Assembly: GCA_964441155.1 (NCBI GenBank)
Contig: CAYYKL010000004.1
Location: forward strand, 5,103 to 69,102
Direction of reading: 5' to 3'
DNA length: 64,000 bases
Source of the DNA: an uncultured Pseudomonadales bacterium
GTDB lineage: Bacteria > Patescibacteriota > Microgenomatia > UBA1400 > RBG-16-45-19
The notes under the pieces were generated by a model that searched no databases, had not been told where the DNA came from, and saw nothing but the letters and a program-made list of their open reading frames with translations. Both the position numbers and the translations under genes were made by a program. Of the stretch, positions 59,786 to 64,000 are shown piece by piece (the first letter of the stretch is position 1; the number at the start of each line of letters is the position of its first letter).

Positions 59786-60607
59786 ATGAAATTTACACTA
59801 TCTATTCCACTTTCTGACCATACTCAAGCTCGTAATGAGGTCATTGCCAAACTGGCGCTAAGCGTAACCGTTAAAGGGTTTCGCAAAGGCAAAGCACCGA
59901 TAGCCAAGGTTGAAGAAAAATTAGATGAGGGATACATTACCGAACAGACGGTCAATCATATATTCCCTTCAGCTTTTCGTATCTATTTGCAAAAAAATAA
60001 TCTTGAACCTATAGGCGATCCAAGCGTTACGATTACCTCAATTGAAAAAGATAAAGATTGGGAATTTGAAGTTGAGATTGCGCAAAAACCAGAGGTGATA
60101 TTGGGTGATTATGCAAAAAAAATTGCATCTCAAAATAGCGCCTCGCAAATAATTTTGCCAGGAGATGAAGCATCCAAGACGCAAGTTCCAGATAAAGAAA
60201 ACAAAATTAATAAAATTTTGGAATTATTATTAGAAGAAGTAAAAGTGGAAGTTCCGAAATTATTAGTTGAGCAGGAAGCAAACCGCAAATTAGCCACCCT
60301 TGTTAAGCAGATTACCGATATGGGGCTTACGGTAGATGCATATCTAAAATCTCAAAATATCACCAAAGAACAGCTTAAAGAGCAATATGAACATGCAGTT
60401 GAAACTAATCTCAGGGTAGATTTTACTCTAGAAGCAATCGCACTTGAGCAAAAGATCCAGGTGTCAGATATCGAATTACGTGAACAAATCAACAGTATCA
60501 ACGATCCACATGAGAGAAAACACGTTGAAGAAAGTGACATGTATCAAGCCAGTCTTCGGTATTCCCTCATGAGAAACAAAGTAATTGATTATCTCTTAAA
60601 CCTATAA
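59786..60607 (+). CDS. tig: Trigger factor, short form
   Basis: GFRKGKAP ribosome-binding motif; C-terminal chaperone domain; typical position after tRNA-Leu. Confidence 0.88.
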   Translation: MKFTLSIPLSDHTQARNEVIAKLALSVTVKGFRKGKAPIAKVEEKLDEGYITEQTVNHIFPSAFRIYLQKNNLEPIGDPSVTITSIEKDKDWEFEVEIAQKPEVILGDYAKKIASQNSASQIILPGDEASKTQVPDKENKINKILELLLEEVKVEVPKLLVEQEANRKLATLVKQITDMGLTVDAYLKSQNITKEQLKEQYEHAVETNLRVDFTLEAIALEQKIQVSDIELREQINSINDPHERKHVEESDMYQASLRYSLMRNKVIDYLLNL

Positions 60608-60683
60608 TATTACTTTTCTAAGGTGTTTATTGCTGATATAATTGTCGAGAGCTTGTTGAGCTCGTTTGTGGTAGGAAAAAAAT

Positions 60684-61331
60684 ATGAGCGATAACAGTCC
60701 ATTTCAGCCACTAAATCAGTCAAAAACAACTAAGCCTAAGCTTAACCAACAAAGCTTTGTTGAGGCGCTAAAAAACGTGGGCTCAGGTGTCGCAAACACA
60801 GTTAAGGATGATTTAATAAAGCCCATAGCTATGGATGCATGGGATAGTCTGGTTAAAAACCCAGGTAATTCAAGGCCGACTGAATCTAAATCCGCTTCCA
60901 GCTGGGATAACGACTGGCTTAAGCAACGAGAGGAAGAAATTCGAGCTCAAGAACGAGCCAAACGACGACATCAAGAGATATTAACGGCCAAACCATTGTT
61001 TGATCGTCAAGCTGAAGAAACAAAGGCTCAAATCAAAGCTATTCAGGACGAACTTAAAGCATTAGCTAAAGACATGGCGAGCTTGGGCACGTCTTTACAG
61101 CAAGCAATTGAAGAAGAAATTGTCAGTCCAGGAGCATATCACATCAGTTTTTTCGAAAAACTGCGCACGTTTATCGTGCAACTGCGCAAGCAAGTAAACG
61201 AATCATCGAACTGGTTGGAAGCGAGCTCGGCTCGAAAAGCAGCCAAAAAATCATATTGGGGTAATGTGAAAAAGCATGGCACCAAATACATGCTCTCAGA
61301 CGAGAGATCAAAAGCTACTCAAGCTGGCTAA
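60684..61331 (+). CDS. Hypothetical protein (DUF5660-like)
   Basis: Coiled coil followed by PG.YH..FFEKL and YW....KHGTKY..S.ER motifs, recalled from Microgenomates proteins. Confidence 0.6.
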   Translation: MSDNSPFQPLNQSKTTKPKLNQQSFVEALKNVGSGVANTVKDDLIKPIAMDAWDSLVKNPGNSRPTESKSASSWDNDWLKQREEEIRAQERAKRRHQEILTAKPLFDRQAEETKAQIKAIQDELKALAKDMASLGTSLQQAIEEEIVSPGAYHISFFEKLRTFIVQLRKQVNESSNWLEASSARKAAKKSYWGNVKKHGTKYMLSDERSKATQAG

Positions 61332-61424
61332 AAAGCAAATTCGATGCGGTTAAGCCTTTTCAAATTTCTTCCTGGTGGTTACAATACGCCTGTCCTATTG
61401 AATCATGTTTAGATAAGTAGATTT

Positions 61425-61501
61425 GACCGCTTAGCTCAGTTGGCTAGAGCGCTTCGTTGACATCGAAGAGGTCGGAGGTTCAAGTCCTCCAGCGGTCACC
61501 A
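61425..61501 (+). tRNA. tRNA-Val(GAC)
   Basis: Cloverleaf GACCGCT...AGCGGTCACCA; anticodon loop TT-GAC-AT. Confidence 0.95.
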
Positions 61502-61558
61502 ATTTTCGTACAGTGTGTTAATCGATTACAAGACCATACAAGACTTGATGAGGTGTTT

Positions 61559-61954
61559 ATGGACGGTGAGCCAAAGTTAGTCGTAAAAAGTGAAATGCCC
61601 CAAGATAGAACAGGTACGAGGACCATGTTTGATCCAACGGTCACTCGGTGGGAGATTTTTACTCGCAACCTTATAGCCGGCTTTGGCAGAGCACTGGGTG
61701 GGACCATCATTTATTTTGCTTTTCTTCTCATTGTCGGTGGCGTCGTTGGACAGATAGTTTTCCCCATATTTAAACCCTATATTGACTCGTATATGAATAT
61801 ATTGAGTGGTTTTAGTCAAATTAATAACCCCCAAAACACCACGAATGACCCCAGCATGCAAATTCAAGATAGAAACAATACGGAGACTTCTAATATCGAT
61901 GAGCTGTTAAAAAATCCCAAGGTGCAAGATTTGCTTGAGCAGTTTGCTCAATAA
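61559..61954 (+). CDS. Small membrane protein (DUF5665-like)
   Basis: NLIAGFGRALG motif; SD GAGGTG before ATG 61559; the longer ORF call overlaps tRNA-Val. Confidence 0.65.
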   Translation: MDGEPKLVVKSEMPQDRTGTRTMFDPTVTRWEIFTRNLIAGFGRALGGTIIYFAFLLIVGGVVGQIVFPIFKPYIDSYMNILSGFSQINNPQNTTNDPSMQIQDRNNTETSNIDELLKNPKVQDLLEQFAQ

Positions 61955-62012
61955 CACGTTTTGCACATGATCCGTTTTAATTTATAACAATTCAATGATA
62001 CACTTCCCTCAC

Positions 62013-62078
62013 ATGAAACAAAGTCTAATGATCGCCACTACAACTACCATGCTCCTAAACGGGGAAGTCGTGTTGTAG
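62013..62078 (+). CDS. Thr-rich leader peptide MKQSLMIATTTTMLLNGEVVL
   Basis: Four consecutive Thr codons ACT ACA ACT ACC upstream of thrS; alternative in-frame ATGs at 61995 and 62028. Confidence 0.75.
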   Translation: MKQSLMIATTTTMLLNGEVVL

Positions 62079-62102
62079 CAAAATTGCAAAGACACTTAAG
62101 CT

Positions 62103-62124
62103 AGCCCCGATTAGGGGCTTTTTT
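62103..62124 (+). terminator. Attenuator terminator upstream of thrS
   Basis: AGCCCC-GATTA-GGGGCT followed by T-tract. Confidence 0.8.
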
Positions 62125-62206
62125 AATGCGCGTCTGCGCAAAGCACACGTTCATAATTATAGATATATGCGTCATAATAGGAATTAGTTAGTAAAAAAGG
62201 AATCTC

Positions 62207-64000
62207 ATGTCGATTGCACCAAACAAAAAACAGGAGCAGGAATATCTAGACAAGCTCCGCCATTCAGCCGCCCATTTGCTCGCTGCCGCAGTGCTTGAAC
62301 TCAGGCCAGAAGCTAAGCCGACCATTGGGCCAAGTATTGATGATGGTTTTTATTACGATTTTGATTTTCAAGATAAACCTATCTCGGAAAACGACTTACC
62401 CAAAATTGAGCAAAAGATGCGTGAGCTAGTTAAAAAGTGGCAAGGCTTTGAACGAATTGAGGTTGACAAACACGCTGCACTGCAAAAAGTTGGCAATAAT
62501 GAATTTAAGCATGAGCTTATTGAAGAGTTTTCGGCTGAAGGGAAAACTCTATCAATATACAAATCGGGAGCGTTTGAAGATTTATGCCGTGGTGGCCACA
62601 TTGAGAACCCCAGTCTTGAACTCAAACACTTCAAGCTTATGAGTGTCGCGGGAGCGTATTGGCGGGGGAGTGAGAAAAACAAAATGCTAACCAGGATTTA
62701 TGGCACGGCGTGGAAAAGCAAAGAAGACTTGGATAAGTATCTTCAATTACTTGAAGAGGCCAAAAAGAGAGACCACCGCAAATTAGGCAAAGAACTCGGA
62801 TTATATTTCATTGACGACACAGTGGGCAAAGGATTAGTAATGTGGTTGCCAAATGGGGTAATTGTTCGTGACGAAATCGAAGCGCTGGTAAAAGAAAAAG
62901 AAAAACAAGCTGGATATATGCGCGTGAGCACCCCCCACATCGCTAAAGAAGAGCTGTATCTCACCTCAGGACATTTGCCATATTACAAAGACTCGATGTA
63001 TCCACCCATGATCATGGATGATGGCACGTATTATCTCAAGGCAATGAATTGTCCGCATCATCACCAAATTTATCTCCATGAACCTCGAAGTTACCGTGAT
63101 TTGCCATTGAGATTTGCTGAATACGGAACCTGTTACCGTAACGAGTTATCAGGCACGCTAGCCGGTTTGTTGCGAGTTCGCAGCATGGCAATGAATGACG
63201 CTCATATTTACTGCCGCAAAGACCAGATAAAACAAGAGATTTCGGCGGTGATAGAGTTAACGCAAGCGTATTTTTCGCTATTCGGATTAGAAAACTATTG
63301 GTTTAGGTTATCGAAATGGGATCCAAACCGAACCGAAAAATATTTTAATGAACCTGAAAATTGGGAGTATTCGCAGAACGTCATTCGCGAAGTGCTTGAA
63401 GAAATGAAAGTTGAGTATGTTGAAGTAGATGACGAAGCGGCGTTTTATGGTCCCAAAATTGACGTACAATTCCGCTCGGCGATCGGTCGAGAAGAAACCA
63501 TGTCTACTATTCAATTGGATTTTGTTGCCAGAAAGCGCTTTGGCTTGACCTATGCAGACAATGAAGGCACTCAAAATAGTGATGTGTTCGTGATTCATAG
63601 GGCACCACTTTCTGTGCACGAGCGTTTTTTAGCATTTCTCATTGAGCACTTCGCAGGAGCATTTCCCTTCTGGCTTAGCCCTTTGCAAGTCGTCGTGGTC
63701 CCCATAGCTAGACTCCATCATGATTATGCTCAAAAAATCGTTGACCAACTTGAGTCTCAATCAATTCGTGCTCATACCTGGAGTGATGGCAGTATGGGAA
63801 AAATGATTCGATTGGCTGAGAAGCAAAAGGTGCCGGTAATTGTGGTTGTCGGTGATAGGGAGCAAGCAGAACAAACAGTTTCTCTTCGACTACATGGGAA
63901 TCAATCTCAGGGCTCGGTTGCAATTCAAGCACTGATAGACACGCTTGTTTTGGCAAAATCACAACGCTTGCTTGACATGCCTCCTTTCAAGCAAACATAA
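62207..64000 (+). CDS. thrS: Threonine--tRNA ligase
   Basis: RHSAAH, DLCRGGH, RDHRKLG, MNCP, LLRVR, AAFYGPKID and IHRA motifs. Confidence 0.98.
   Translation: MSIAPNKKQEQEYLDKLRHSAAHLLAAAVLELRPEAKPTIGPSIDDGFYYDFDFQDKPISENDLPKIEQKMRELVKKWQGFERIEVDKHAALQKVGNNEFKHELIEEFSAEGKTLSIYKSGAFEDLCRGGHIENPSLELKHFKLMSVAGAYWRGSEKNKMLTRIYGTAWKSKEDLDKYLQLLEEAKKRDHRKLGKELGLYFIDDTVGKGLVMWLPNGVIVRDEIEALVKEKEKQAGYMRVSTPHIAKEELYLTSGHLPYYKDSMYPPMIMDDGTYYLKAMNCPHHHQIYLHEPRSYRDLPLRFAEYGTCYRNELSGTLAGLLRVRSMAMNDAHIYCRKDQIKQEISAVIELTQAYFSLFGLENYWFRLSKWDPNRTEKYFNEPENWEYSQNVIREVLEEMKVEYVEVDDEAAFYGPKIDVQFRSAIGREETMSTIQLDFVARKRFGLTYADNEGTQNSDVFVIHRAPLSVHERFLAFLIEHFAGAFPFWLSPLQVVVVPIARLHHDYAQKIVDQLESQSIRAHTWSDGSMGKMIRLAEKQKVPVIVVVGDREQAEQTVSLRLHGNQSQGSVAIQALIDTLVLAKSQRLLDMPPFKQT

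Noticed and set aside
61457-61558. N-terminal extension of the 165-aa ORF
   Set aside because: Overlaps tRNA-Val; an SD plus ATG at 61559 is a better start.
61960-62206. T-box riboswitch upstream of thrS
   Set aside because: No T-box consensus (GGTGG.ACC) was seen; the leader-peptide model explains the region.

Overview
Bacterial chromosomal segment. Gene content suggests Patescibacteria/CPR, probably Microgenomates-like (inference: short trigger factor, DUF5660/DUF5665-like genes, few Shine-Dalgarno motifs, many glycosyltransferases and secreted beta-rich proteins). It runs from the 3' end of pyrG to thrS. It contains rplS, two large surface-glycan loci (about 2.5-18.3 kb, ending in a sortase plus an LAFTG substrate, and about 38.6-54.3 kb), a small accessory islet downstream of tRNA-Glu, a modular family of secreted proteins with a DUF916-like partner, a ppsA-like gene, a glucan phosphorylase, pgk and seven tRNA genes. 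The most unusual signals are non-coding: (1) tandem copies of tRNA fragments interrupted by two-hairpin inserts with covarying stems on both sides of the tRNA-Lys/tRNA-Glu pair; (2) a Thr-rich leader peptide attenuator upstream of thrS; (3) a consensus promoter driving a roughly 45-nt hairpin RNA; (4) an ATAACTATAT motif recurring in the promoter regions of the first glycan locus. No CRISPR array, integrase, transposase or rRNA was seen. All product calls come from motif recognition by eye; no database search was run.
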